Below, in pieces: positions 25,757 to 38,802 of a stretch of 64,000 bases of DNA. The notes beneath the pieces are model-generated. The model worked only from the letters and a program-made list of their open reading frames with translations. It searched no databases and had not been told where the DNA came from. The stretch comes from Lama glama (Eukaryota): assembly GCA_028534125.1 (NCBI GenBank), contig CM052817.1, positions 69,008,001 to 69,072,000 on the forward strand, read 5' to 3'. Position 1 is the first letter of the stretch, and each line of letters begins with the position of its first letter. A program made the position numbers and the translations under genes.

Positions 25757-26097
25757 CTTTTAGTTTCTTTCCTGCTAATTCATTGTTAGTGTAAAGAAAT
25801 GCAATTGATTTTTGTACGTTAGTCTTGTATCCCACTACCTTACCAAATTATTTTATCAGCTATAGTAGTTTGTGTGTGGATCTTTTAGGGTTTTTTGTAT
25901 CATGTCATCATATACAGTGACAATTTTACATCTCTTACAATTTGGATCCCTTTTATTTCTTTTTCTTGCCTGATTGCTATAGCTAGGACTTCCAAGACTA
26001 TGTTGAATAGAAGTGGTGAGAGTGGGCATCTTTGTCTTGTTCCAGATTTTAGTGGAAAGGCTTTCAGGTTTTCACCATTGAGTACTATGCTGGCTGT
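25757..26097 (-). mobile_element. internal LINE-1 ORF2 (RT) fragment
   Basis: [53 protein letters not shown]. Confidence 0.95.
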
Positions 26098-26749
26098 ATA
26101 TTTTCTCATTTGTATAGTGCAATTTATACTAAGTGAGATTGAGTTCTAAGACTCCCCTGCCATTTTTATTCTTTATAGTTTCTAGATTTGTCAGTTTAAG
26201 TGTATCTTTTGTTTCCTTAAGATCTATACATTTCATATTAATTGTTTTAAAGGGAATTATTGGTGATCAAATTTAATCTTGTCACAAAATTTTGTTCTGA
26301 AAAACTTCGCTGTTGGCATTAAATTCTATGTTTTTCCAACAGTTGTTGTAATTAAGCCATTCGTCTCTAAAAACTAACTTTAGTTTTGAAAACTGGGGCA
26401 AAGCCTTTGAAAAAAATCTGACCCAGAAAATAATTCCATAACAAATTGCCACACAATTAGGAACTCTGTCTTTCTCTTCTTCTCTGTCTCCCTCTGTGCA
26501 TCTCTGTCTCTGTCTGTCTCCTTCTCTCTCACACACACACTACATACAAAAATGAGAGTAAAAAATATGAATTTTTTATTTAAAAATTTTTTACTTAACA
26601 TTTGATAATAAGTAAATTGTAACACAGCTCTAGGTCTTAGTTTTAAAAGCATGTATATATCTTGCATCAGGTATTGTATTACGTAAAATGTATGTCTGTG
26701 TCAGTGTTTTGAACCTGGAAAGCCAATTATGGCATTACAACTTTATTTT

Positions 26750-28200
26750 TAATCAATTTTTTATTGAGGTATGATATACATACAGCAAAGTATAATTTTA
26801 TAAGTGAATAGGTCAAGAAGTTAAGTTAAAAAGATAGAACATTATCAGGAACCAAGAAGCTCCCTTCATACTAACCCCTTTAATTACTCCCATTTTTCAT
26901 CCCAAAGTTAACCAGTATTTCTAACTTCCTTTTTTCTTTAATATGAAGAGACTTATTTTATTTTATTTTATTTTATTTGGTTGGGGACAGGTAACCAGAT
27001 TTACTTTTTTTTTTTTTATTCAGAGGAGGTATGAGGGATTGAACCCAGGACCTCCTGCATGCCAAGCATGTACTCTACCACTTGAGCTATACCCTCCCTG
27101 CCAATATTCTAATTTCTAATACTATAGTTTAATTTTAGCCAAGTTGGAGCTTTATAAAAATGAAATCAGCGTGTATTATATATTCTTTTTATATCTAGCT
27201 TCTTTCACTAATAGATTTATATATGTTTATAGCCTTTATGTGTGACATTAGTTTGTTCATTTTGTAGCTGTTCTACTGTGGATGGACATTTGTGTTATTT
27301 CCAGTTTTAGGCTATTACAAATAATGCTGCTCTGAATGTTTGTACATGTCTTGGACTGAACATATATGTGCATTTTTGGTGTTTTGTGATGTTTTAAGAT
27401 TCAGTCATGATTGCTTTAATGTTTTATTGTAGGCTTTGTTTTTAGATATATAATAAAAGTATACAACTATATTTTTGATATTATGCAGATCAGTACATAC
27501 AAGGTCTAGGCTATAAAAATGATTTCAAAAGATAGATTTATTTATAGGAATACTTGATGTTAAAAGCTGTGTCCATGTTAATGCTTTGCAGTGGAATTTC
27601 TGGTCATAGAGTATAATTTGATTAAATTTTAGTGGATAATGCCAACAATTTTTTCAAAGTGATTATATTGATTTACAGTCACAAAAAAGTGTATAATATC
27701 CTGTTGTTCCATATCTTTGCCAACACTTAGTATTTTATCTCATTTTAATTTTAACCATTATAGTGCCTGAGTGTGTGTGTGATTATACTTCATAGCAGTT
27801 AATGTGCATTTCACAGGTAAAGAAACTGAGCTTCTTTTCAGATGCTTTTTAATCATTTGATAGCTTTGTTTTCTTTTTTTGGTGAAATATCCTTTCAAGA
27901 TTAGTTTCCATTTTTCTGTTGAGTTGTTTGACTTTTTAAATTTTCTTTATTTCTGTTCTTGATACAAGATGTTAGCTGGTAATATACATTGCAAATAAAC
28001 TTCTCCCAACCTGTGGATGACCAGTTTTGGCTCTTAAAAGTATCTTCAAACAAATAAAAATTGTTCAATTTAATGTACTCATATTTATGAAAAATTTTTA
28101 TAGTTAGTCCATGTTACATCCTTTTAAATGTTTTTAACAACTCCAAAAGTCTCATGAAGATGTTTTTCTAGAAGCTTTATTGTTTTGCCTTTCAAATCTT
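26750..28200 (-). mobile_element. old LINE-1 3' region
   Basis: tttttattgaggtatgatatacatacag ... gatggacatttgtgttatttccag ... catatctttgccaacacttag. Confidence 0.8.
26929..27099 (-). mobile_element. tRNA-Ala-derived camelid SINE (vic-1-type)
   Basis: Minus strand gggagggtatagctcaagtggtagagtacatgcttggcatgcaggaggtcctgggttcaatccc (A and B boxes) plus A-rich tail; diverged TSD ccagtatttctaacttc / ccaatattctaatttc. Confidence 0.88.
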
Positions 28201-29724
28201 ATTTTTCATTGAGAAATTTCAAAAGCATATTTGATGATGCCAAGTTGAAATCAATAAAAATAAGTAGGAAAAAAACCCGAGAAAACATTTCCCCTGTCTA
28301 AGCATGTGGTTTTTTGTGGCTATTAAAATATCTTTGTGTTGGATTGGAGGGTAGAGATTAAAGACCAGTTCCTTCTAAATATTAACTTCCTTTTTGGTTT
28401 AACAAGCAAAGGGCAGCAGAGAAATTGCCTAAGTGCTATGTGTTTACAGTTCTGCAGTTTGTTATTGGTTACGGGAATTCATCCAAGAAGTTGTCAAATA
28501 TCAAAAGTTCTATTATGTTACAATGAAATAATTATTGTACTTAGTATTTTCTGAATAATTTGTCCTCTTTTCTCTGTTTGATTTTATTCCCCTTATGCTA
28601 GGAAGAGAACTTAGAGATTTTTCAGAGATAAATGATGAGTTTAATGGTTTTATTTCAAGGATTTGAAGTCAGCCATTCATAATTTATTGCAATATTTCCT
28701 TTGAATATACTGAAAGTAAACCAAAAGAGGAAAATAAATCTGAAAAAAAAAAAAGAGGGAAAAAAAAGGAGCAAATAAAAAGAAAAAAATGGAGGGCTTT
28801 ACATGAAAATGTTTGTTTACTAAGTCACCTTTGGTTGTCAGGAAAATGGACACGTTTAGTTTTCACATGTGTCTGTATATGTATATGCATACAGAATTCA
28901 CACAAATAAGTGCATATACAGACTTTATATCTGTCTTATATTGTCTATTTTTCAACCTTTTTAAGATAAATATATTAATTTAATATTTAGAAATACACTG
29001 TTACTATTATACAATTTTACATAGGCTATAAAAACACATAAATATTTCCATAGCTACAACACTAGCAAATAGATGTTTGGTGAAAGCCTTTGACTTTGGT
29101 GTATTTATTTAACCATCATACAGCACTTTACAAACGGGGTTTGATGTTCTAGAATCATAAAACTAACAGTTACCATATCAAATTGTGAAACACAAATTAT
29201 TACACACTTTCTAAATTCTCAATTAAGACTTTCCTTAGGGAGCTGGTCCATAAATGATCACGATTGTTAAGAAGTTCCTGTAGTTATAAATATCCATGAC
29301 CATGATGGATTTCTTACTGTGACAATTTTAGACATATGCATCTGAAGGTAACTAAAGTATGTGTAAAAAGTTTGACGTTTATTTAGGAGAATCACGGTTT
29401 CGTGGGTGGGCCTTTTTCCATGCTGAACATAGTTCATTTGATAGTCTCAGTAGAGTCTGAAGTCTTAGCTGAGTGTTAGCACAAAATAAAATGCATCTGT
29501 GTCGGTTTATAGTGAATAGCATGCTGAAGCTTCCATAATATTTACCCTCTTCCATCTATCTACTGTCTGCTGCTTTTAGAGTGTCCAAAATTAGGCACTT
29601 GATTAGAGAAAACAGAAGTTTATATATGACTTTGGTAGTTTGAACTTGGGCAAATAAACAAGTAGCATGGCTGAAGTTTTGAAGGTAATAGAAATAACTA
29701 AGAGAAAGTAGCAGTGGAAATGAT

Positions 29725-30065
29725 TCAGGAATTTATTGCTGCAGGCAACTTATGACCTGACAACAGTGGCTTAAACATGATAGTATTATTTCCTTCATTT
29801 TAAACCAAGTTTTAATTGGTAAGAGGGCTAAATGACATTAAGACATTTTTCTCCTAGTCCATGCCTGTTGCAGTACCAGTCATCCTTTCCAAATTCCAGG
29901 TGGGAGAAAAAATAGCATCAGAAAACTTGTATGTCTCATTGAATAGAATGTTAACACATGGCCACTCACAAGTACTAAGGAATCTAGGTAAATAGCTAGT
30001 AGAGAACATAGAAGAGAAATTGATAGGAAGTGGATGCTGGCTGAGACATTCTACAGTGTTTTCCA
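29725..30065. mobile_element. old MLT1-type LTR relic
   Basis: ttgctgcaggcaac ... aacagtggcttaaaca ... cacatggccactcacaagtactaaggaatctagg. Confidence 0.55.
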
Positions 30066-30129
30066 TAGTTGGTAAAAAATCTTTCCCAAATTTTAAGCTT
30101 TATACTTTTCAAATGTTTATAAATAAATA

Positions 30130-31280
30130 AATAAAACTTCTTAAAGAATATTTTTAGATATATAGAGTAATACAAAGATAGTATGTGGAATTCTTGTATA
30201 CCTTACACCCATTTTCTCCCTTTGTTAACATTTTATTATGATATATATTTGTGACAACTAAGTAACCAACATTGGTACATTAGAATTAACTAAACTTCAG
30301 ATTTCACTAGTTTCCCTCAATGTCTTTTTCTATTTTAGGATTTCATCTAGGATATACGTGGTTTTTAGTCATCATGTCTCCGTAGCCTCCTTTGGTCTGT
30401 GACAGTTTCATAAATTTTTCTTGTTTTTGGTGAACTTGACAGTTTTTCAGGATTCTGGCCCAGTGTTTTGTAGAATGTCTCTCAATTAGGGTTTGCCTGA
30501 TTTTTTTCTCAAGGTTAGTGAGACTGAGGTTATAGGTTTTAGAGCGAAAAATCACAGAGGTGAAGTGACATTCTCCCCACATCATGTTGGGATACATGCA
30601 TCAACATGACTTACCACTGATGTTAACCTTGGTCACCTGACTGAGGTAGTGTTTGTCAGGTTTCCCCACTGCAAAGTTACTCTTCCCCCAGCCTTTCTGT
30701 ACCATACTTGTGAAAGGAAATCATTATGTACAGCCCATTAAAAAATTACTGAAAATAGTTGGTTTACAATATTGAGTTAGTTTCAGTTTACAGAAAAGTG
30801 ATTCAGTTATATAAACCAGATTATATTCCATTATAGGTTATTATTGATATTGAAGGATATTGAATATAATTTTCTGTGCTATGCAGTAAATGTTTGTTGC
30901 TTATCTATTTTATGTATAGTAGTTTGTATCTGTTAACCGCATACTCCTAATTTGTCCCTCCCCTTCCTCCCTCTCCCCTTTAGTAACCGTAAGTTTGTTT
31001 TCTATGTTTGATGTACAGCCCATTTTTAAGGAGTAGAGTTGTCCTCCAACTCCTTGGGGGCAAAAGTATCTACGTAAAGTATCTGAAATCTGTCTCTGTG
31101 GGAGATTTGCCTCTCCTCTTCTTTATTCAATAATTTCTTTATATCATTATGGACTTGTTGGTATGTATTTTATATTTGGAGTTATAATCCAGTACTTTAC
31201 TTTGTAGCTCAAGTTGTCCTAACTCTGGCCTTCAGAGCTCTTTCTGTTTGGCTCCTCTGTCCCTTTGACATACTCCCTGC
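30130..31280 (-). mobile_element. L1MC-like 3' UTR with a nested younger L1 3' end (~30745-31010)
   Basis: L1MC 3' UTR motifs; the nested piece is flanked by atgtacagcccatt at ~30727 and ~31011 (TSD). Confidence 0.8.
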
Positions 31281-31459
31281 CCATGAGTTACTTCTGAATG
31301 ATAAAGGATTATTTTCAAAAAAAAAAAAAACTTTGAAATAATAATTTAAATATAGTTTTCTTTAATCATTCGAAAATATTTATCCAAAATAACCACAGCA
31401 CTTTATTTTAGGATCTATAAATTTAAGAACAAAAGGTAAATTGTGATAACACAGAGAGC

Positions 31460-31700
31460 AAACATGGCACAGTGGTTAACACATGAGAGAACACGCTTTT
31501 TTAAAATCCTAGCTTCATCATTTATTAAGTTAATAAATTGGGCAAATGACCTAAGCTGTTACTGTATCATTCTCATCTGTTATAGGGGAGCTGTAAAAAT
31601 TCCTATTTTGTTGGGTGATTATGAAGTTTAGTAGGTTAATGTATGTAGTATTTAGAACAGTGCTTGGCACAAAGGGATTGCTCAAAAATACAATTATTAT
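31460..31700 (+). mobile_element. MIR SINE
   Basis: gcacagtggttaa ... ttgggcaaatgac ... tttagaacagtgcttggcaca. Confidence 0.75.
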
Positions 31701-34700
31701 AATATTACTATACCGAGTGAAATTCTTATAAGAGGGAAAATTAGCCAAAAGCAGCAGTTGCTCAAATGTTATTTCACAGACCCACAGGGTTCTTCACGTT
31801 TCAGCAACCTGCTTACTGATCATGGCTCAATAGTGATAGTTGATGATTTAAAATAGAAAGTAAGTGGGCTACGTTTGTTGTTTTGCTTAGCCAAGTCAAA
31901 GCAAATATAAAAGCTCTAAAATGCAATAATAATTATATTGAATTATAGTTAACTATACATAATCAGGACTGAGGAAGTTAATAAAAAATGGGTAACAATG
32001 AGCTTTTTGAATTTCTAATATCTAAAAATATCATTCCAAATCAGTTACATTTTTTCATGTGGATCATTTTTCACTTAATGGTTAAGTTTTAAAAATAATA
32101 CAGCTTTATTCTTCTTAAAAAATTTGAACTATAATTCATATGCCATGAAATTTACCCTTTTGAAGTGTGCAGTTGTGTTTCTGAGTTATATTCACAATGT
32201 TGTGCAACTGCTACCACTATGAAATCCCAGAATATTGTCATCCCTACAGAAAACAGCCCTGTACTCAATCCTCCTTGACAGTAGCCCTAAAAATCACTGA
32301 TCTACTTTCTGTCTGTATAAATTTGCCTATTCTGAACATTTCTTATGAATGGCATCCTACAATATGTGGCTTTTTGAGCCTAAGCCCTTTCATTTTGCAT
32401 AATATTCTCAAAGTTCATCATGTTGTAGCATATATCACTACTTCATTGCCTTTTACGACTAAATAATACTTCATTTTATGAATGAACCATGTTTTTCTTA
32501 TCCATTCATCAACTGATGGGCAATTCAGTGGTTTCTACTTTTAGGGTATTATAAATGTTTATAGGTTGCTATAAACATTGATATATTATATATATTGTGT
32601 AGCACCATTCTTTCTTTCTTTTAATTGCATGTTCTTTTTTTTTTTGAAGTATAGTCAGTTTACAATGTGTCAATTTCTGGTGTACAGCATAATGTTTCAG
32701 TCATACATATACACTCATACATTCATTTTCATATTATTTTTTTCATTATTGAGTACTACGATATATTGAATATAGTTCCCTGTGCTATACAGAAGAAACT
32801 TGTTGTTTATCTGTTTTATATATAGTAAATATTTGCAAGTCTCAAATTCCCAATTTAGAGGCATTATATCATTAATGTGGTTATGAACTTAAAAGTGAGA
32901 TTGCTGGATATTATGATAATTCTATGTTTAACTTTTCAGGAACCTCCAAAATGTTCTCCAAAGTAGCTGCAGTATTTTACATTTTCACCAGTGTATGAGT
33001 GGAAAGTGTATGAGGAGTCCATTTTTCCACACCCTGGGGGGAAAAAAAAGAAACTTGATATCTTGCATCTCTTTGATTCTAGTTATCATAATGGGTGTGA
33101 AGTGTTATCTAATTGTAGTTTTGATTTGTATTTCTCTGATAGCTAGTGATGTTGAGCATCTTTTCGTATGCTTATTAGCAATTTCTTCATATATGGACTC
33201 ATGGATATATATGTTATGCTTTGAGTTATAATCCATACAATTTTACTTATTTTGTAACTCAAATTGTCCATTTCTTGAGGAGAAATGTCCATTCAAATGC
33301 TTTGTCTATTTTTAAATTGGGATGTCTTTTTTATTGTTGAATTAGAAGAGTTCTTTATAAATTGTGAATAATTTGTCTTTTAACAGATATATGAATTACA
33401 AATATTTTCTTTCATTCTGTAGGCTGTCTTTCCTTTTTTTTTTTGGACAGTGTCCTTTGAAGCACAAAAGTTACTAATTTTGATGAAGCCTAGTTTATCT
33501 ATTTTTTTCTTTTGGTTTGTGTTTTTGATATAATTTACCAGAAACTATTACTGAATCCAAGTTTATTAAAATTTATACCTATGTTTTCTTGCAATAGTTT
33601 ATTCTTTCATCTCTTACATTTAGATCTCTGACCTAATTTGTGTTAATTTTGATGTCTGCTGTAAGGGAGGGGTTCAGCTTTCTAATTTTGCATTGCCATA
33701 CCCAGCTGTCCCTGTACTCTTCTTTACCCACTGAATTGTCCTGGCATCTTTGGTGAAAATCAGTTGTGTATGAGAATTTACTTCTGGACCCTCAGTTATA
33801 TTCAAATGATCTATCTGTTTTTGGTCAGAAGCTTTGAAATTGAAAAGTGTCAGTCCTCCAACTTTGTTCTTCTGTTTTAAGATTGTTTTGGGTAATCTGG
33901 CGTTCTTAAACTTCATATGAATTTTAGGATCATCTTGTAAACTTCTGAAAAAAGGGCATCTGGGATTTTGATAGGGATCACATTGACTCTGTAGATCAAT
34001 TTGGAGAGTATTACATCTTAACAATATTAAGGCATCAGATCCCTGAACACAGAAGTTATCTTTCCATTTACTTAGGCCTTCTATAATTTCTTTCAATGAA
34101 GTTTTATAGCCTCCAGTGTACAAGTTTTACACTTCTTTTGGTAAATTTATTCCTAAATATTTTATTGTTTTGATCCTATTACAAATGGAATTTTAAAATT
34201 TCCTTTTGGAATGTTCATTGTAGTGACAGAAATACAGTTGCTTTTTATTGATCTTTTATCTTAAAACTTAGCTGAATATGTTAATGCTAGTAATTTTTTT
34301 ATGGATTCCCTAGGATTTTGCCTAGAACCTCTTTAACAGGTTCATGTTATTTGTGATTAGCAATAATTTTACTTTTTCCTTTTTAATCTGGAAGCCTTTT
34401 CTTTTTCTTACATAATTTTCCTGGCTAGAAACTTTAGTACAGTAGTATTTAGAAATGGTAAGCACAGACCATCTTTGACCTGTTCCTGATCTTAGAGGGA
34501 AAGATTCTATCTTTAATCTTTAAGTATGATATTAACACTGTGTTTTCCATAGTTGCTCTTGATTAAGTTGGAGATATTCCCTTCTATTCCTAATTTATTG
34601 AACATTTTTTTATCATAAAATGGTGCTGGGTTTTGTCAGATGTTCTTATGTACCTGCTGAGATGATTACATTTAAAATTTTTAATTTTATTAATATGGTG

Positions 34701-37057
34701 TATTTCATTGATTGATTTTCTATATTGAACTACCTAGCATTACTGAGATCATTCACACTGGTCATAGTGTATTATCCCTTTCATATGTTAAAGGATTTTG
34801 ACTTCTAATTTTGTTGATAATTTTTGTGTCTACATTCATGAGTGATATTTGTAGTTTTTTTTTTCTTTTGCTATCTTTGTCTGGTTTTAGTGTCAGAGTA
34901 ATACTAGTTTCAGAGAATGAGTAAGGGAGTGTGGTCCTCTTAAAGATTTTTATGAAGGGTTGGTATTAATTCTTCGTAAATATTGTGTAGTATATACCAG
35001 TGAAATCTTCTTGTCCTAAGCTTTTCTTTGTAGGGAAGGATTTAATTGCTGATTTAGTCTATTATTATACTTCTATTTAGAGTTCCCATTTCTTCTTGAG
35101 GTAGTTTTGGTACTTTGTGTCTTTATGGGAATCTGTCCATTTCCTCTAGGTTATCTAATCTTTTGATAGAATGGTATTCATATGTTCACTTACTATCATT
35201 TTTGCTTCTGTTAGGTCAACAATAATGTCACCTCCTTTATTACCAATTTTAGTAACTTAACTTTTGCTTTCTTTATTTCTTGGTCAACCTAGCAGAAGGA
35301 TAATCAATTTTGCTAATCTTTTTTAAGAATTTACTTTTTGTTTTGTTGATTTCCACCTCCCGCCCCCTTCTCTATTTCACTTATTTTCTGTTTAATCTTT
35401 ATAATATCCTTAGTTTTCTGCTTGCTTGGGGTTTAGTTTACTCTCTTTCTTTAAGCCTCTAAGATTTGGTTATTGATTTATTTTACATTTCTTAGTATAT
35501 ACATTTACTACTATTAATTTTCTGTCTCAGAACTGCCTTTGCTACATCCTGTAAGTTTTGGAATGTTGTATTTTTATTTTCACTTACTTCAAAGTAGTTT
35601 CTAATTTCCCTTGTGTTTTCTTCTTTGTCCCATTGATTATTTATAAATATGTTGTTTGATATCCACATGTTAATAAATTTCTCAGATTTCTTCTGTCCTT
35701 GATTTTTAATTTTGTTCTATCATGGTTGGTAGCATACTTTGTATGATTTCGAGGCTTTTAAGTTCTTTGAAGCTTTTTTATGGTCCAACATATAAAATAT
35801 CCTGAAGAATGTCTCATATGCTCTTGAGAAGAATATTCTCCTTTCTTGGATGGAGTATTTTATAAATCTGTTAGTTCTAGTTGATTTTTAATGTTGCTCA
35901 AGTATTTATTTTCTAATTGATAATCAGTCTAGTTGCTTGAATGATTATGAAGAATGAGATACTGAAATCTCCAACTATTATTGTGGAATTTTCTGTTTCT
36001 CCTCTCAGTTCTCTCAGTGTCTTAGAGCTGTGTTATTAGATGCATATATTTTTATAGTTTTGTCTTTTTTAATGGATTGACACTTTTATCAGTATAATAT
36101 CCCTCTTTGCATTTAATAACAATTTTTATCTTAAAGTCTGTTTATGTCTCATATTAGTATAGCTATTGTAGCTTTCTTTTCTTTATAATTTGCATGTTAT
36201 ATCTTTTTCCATCCTGTTAATATAAACATATTTATGTCTTTAAATCTAAAACGTGTCTTTTCTAGGGGGCATATATTTGGATCATGGGGGATTTTATTGT
36301 TTGGTTTTTGTTTTTCACTATCTATTCTTTCAGTTTTTGCCTGTTGATGGTCATCTTTAATGCATTTATGTTTTATGTAACTGATGACAATGTAGAATTT
36401 ATGCTTGCCATTTTATTATTTGTTTTCTATATGTCATTATGTTTCTCTCCTCTGCTACCTTCTTTTGTGTTAAATATTTTCTAGTGTATCAAGTTAATTC
36501 TCTGACATTTACTATATATTTTGAGTTATTTTCTTAGTGGTTTCCCTGAGGATTAAAATTAACATCTTAATCTGTAAAACTCTAGTTGAGATGAATACCA
36601 ACTTAATTTTAATAATATACAAAATTTTGCTCCTGTATAAATCCTTTCCCTTCCCCACCTTTATGCTATATGATCATGTAAATTTCAACTGTATACATTA
36701 CATACCTACTAACATAGATTTCTAATCATTGTTTTATGTAGTTGTCTATTAAACCAGATAGGAGGAGAAAAGTTACAATAAAATACTTTTATACTTTTTT
36801 TTTATATTTACCTATGTAGTTACTTTTATTAGTGCCCTTTATTTCTTAATGTACATTCAACTTATTCTTAGTGTCCTTTTATTTTAGCCTGAAAGATTTT
36901 CTTTAATATTTCTTGTAGGGCACACCATTAGTATTGAATTCTCTCAAGTTTTATTTATCTGGGAATTTCTTACTTTCTCTACCATTTTTGAAGAATTATT
37001 GTACTGCATATTTAATTCCCAAGTGACAGTTTGATTTTTTTTCTTTCATTCCTTTTC

Positions 37058-38802
37058 TTTTTTTTATATAAACATTTTTTATTGAGTTAGTCATTTTACA
37101 ATGTCAAATTCCAGTGTAGAGCACAATTTTTCTGTTATACATGAACATACATACATTCATTGTCACATTCTCTTTCACTGTGAGCCACCACAAGATCCTG
37201 TATATATTTCCCTGTGCTACACAGTACAATCTTGTTTATTCTACATTTTGAAATCCCAGTCCCTCCCCCTATCCCCCTGGCAACCACGAGTTGGTATTCT
37301 ATGTCTATGAGTCTGTTTCTGTTTTGTATTTTTGTTTTTTGTTTGTTTGTGTTTTTGTTTTTTAGATTCCGCATATGAGTGATCTCATATGGCATTTTTC
37401 TTTCTCTTTCTGGCTTACTTCACTTAGAACGACATTCTCTAGTAGCATCCATGTTGCTGCAAATGGCGTTATGTTGTCGGTTTTTATGGCTGAATAGTAT
37501 TCCTTTGTATAAATATACCACCTCTTCTTTATCCAGTCATCTGTTGATGGACATTTAGGCTGTTTTCATGTTTTGGCTATTGTAAATAGTGCTGCTATGA
37601 ACACTGGGGTGCAGGTATCATTTTGAAGTAGGGTTCCTTCTGGATATATGCCCAGGAGTGGGATTCCTGGGTCATACGGTAAGTCGATTCCTAGTCTTTT
37701 GAGGAATCTCCATACTGTTTTCCACAGTGACTGCACCAAACTGCATTCCCACCAGCAGTGTAGGAGGGTTCCTTTNNNNNNNNNNNNNNNNNNNNNNNNN
37801 NNNNNNNNNNNNNNNNNNNNNNNNNNNNNNNNNNNNNNNNNNNNNNNNNNNNNNNNNNNNNNNNNNNNNNNNNNNNNNNNNNNNNNNNNNNNNNNNNNNN
37901 NNNNNNNNNNNNNNNNNNNNNNNNNNNNNNNNNNNNNNNNNNNNNNNNNNNNNNNNNNNNNNNNNNNNNNNNNNNNNNNNNNNNNNNNNNNNNNNNNNNN
38001 NNNNNNNNNNNNNNNNNNNNNNNNNNNNNNNNNNNNNNNNNNNNNNNNNNNNNNNNNNNNNNNNNNNNNNNNNNNNNNNNNNNNNNNNNNNNNNNNNNNN
38101 NNNNNNNNNNNNNNNNNNNNNNNNNNNNNNNNNNNNNNNNNNNNNNNNNNNNNNNNNNNNNNNNNNNNNNNNNNNNNNNNNNNNNNNNNNNNNNNNNNNN
38201 NNNNNNNNNNNNNNNNNNNNNNNNNNNNNNNNNNNNNNNNNNNNNNNNNNNNNNNNNNNNNNNNNNNNNNNNNNNCAGTTTTCCCAACACCATTTGCTGA
38301 AGAGACTGTCTTTATTCCATTGTAGATTCTTGCCTCCTTTGTCGAAGATGAGTTGACCAAAAGTTTGTGGATTCATTTCTGGGCTCTCTATTCGGTTCTA
38401 TTGGTCCATATGTCTGTTTTTGTACCAGTACCATGCTGTCTTGATGACTGTAGCTCTGTAGTATTGTCTGAAGTCTGGGAAAGTGTTTCCTCCAGCCTCT
38501 TTCTTTTTCTTCAGTAATGCTTTGGCAATTCTACGTCTTTTGTGGTTCCATATAAATTTTATTATGATTTGTTCTAGTTCTGTGAAATATGTCCTGGGTA
38601 ATTTGATAGGGATTGCATTAAATCTGTAGATTGCCATAGGCAGTATGACCATTTTAACGATATTGATTCTTCCAATCCAGGAGCATGGGATATCTTTCCA
38701 TTTTTTAAAGTCTTCTTTAATTTCCTTCATCAGTGTTTTATAGTTTTCCATGTATAAGTCTTTCACCTCCTTGGTTAGATTTATTCCTAGGTATTTTATT
38801 AC
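37058..38802 (-). mobile_element. young 5'-truncated LINE-1 with a perfect 16-bp TSD
   Basis: TSD tctttcattccttttc at 37042-37057 and 38803-38818; near-intact ORF2 ([16 protein letters not shown]...[11 protein letters not shown]); 3' UTR and T-rich tail. Confidence 0.95.
37776..38275. other. assembly gap (500 N) inside the young L1
   Basis: Exactly 500 N. Confidence 0.99.

Noticed and set aside
28602..28715. Polypyrimidine tract plus AG followed by a short reading frame
   Set aside because: No recognisable protein and no partner exons.
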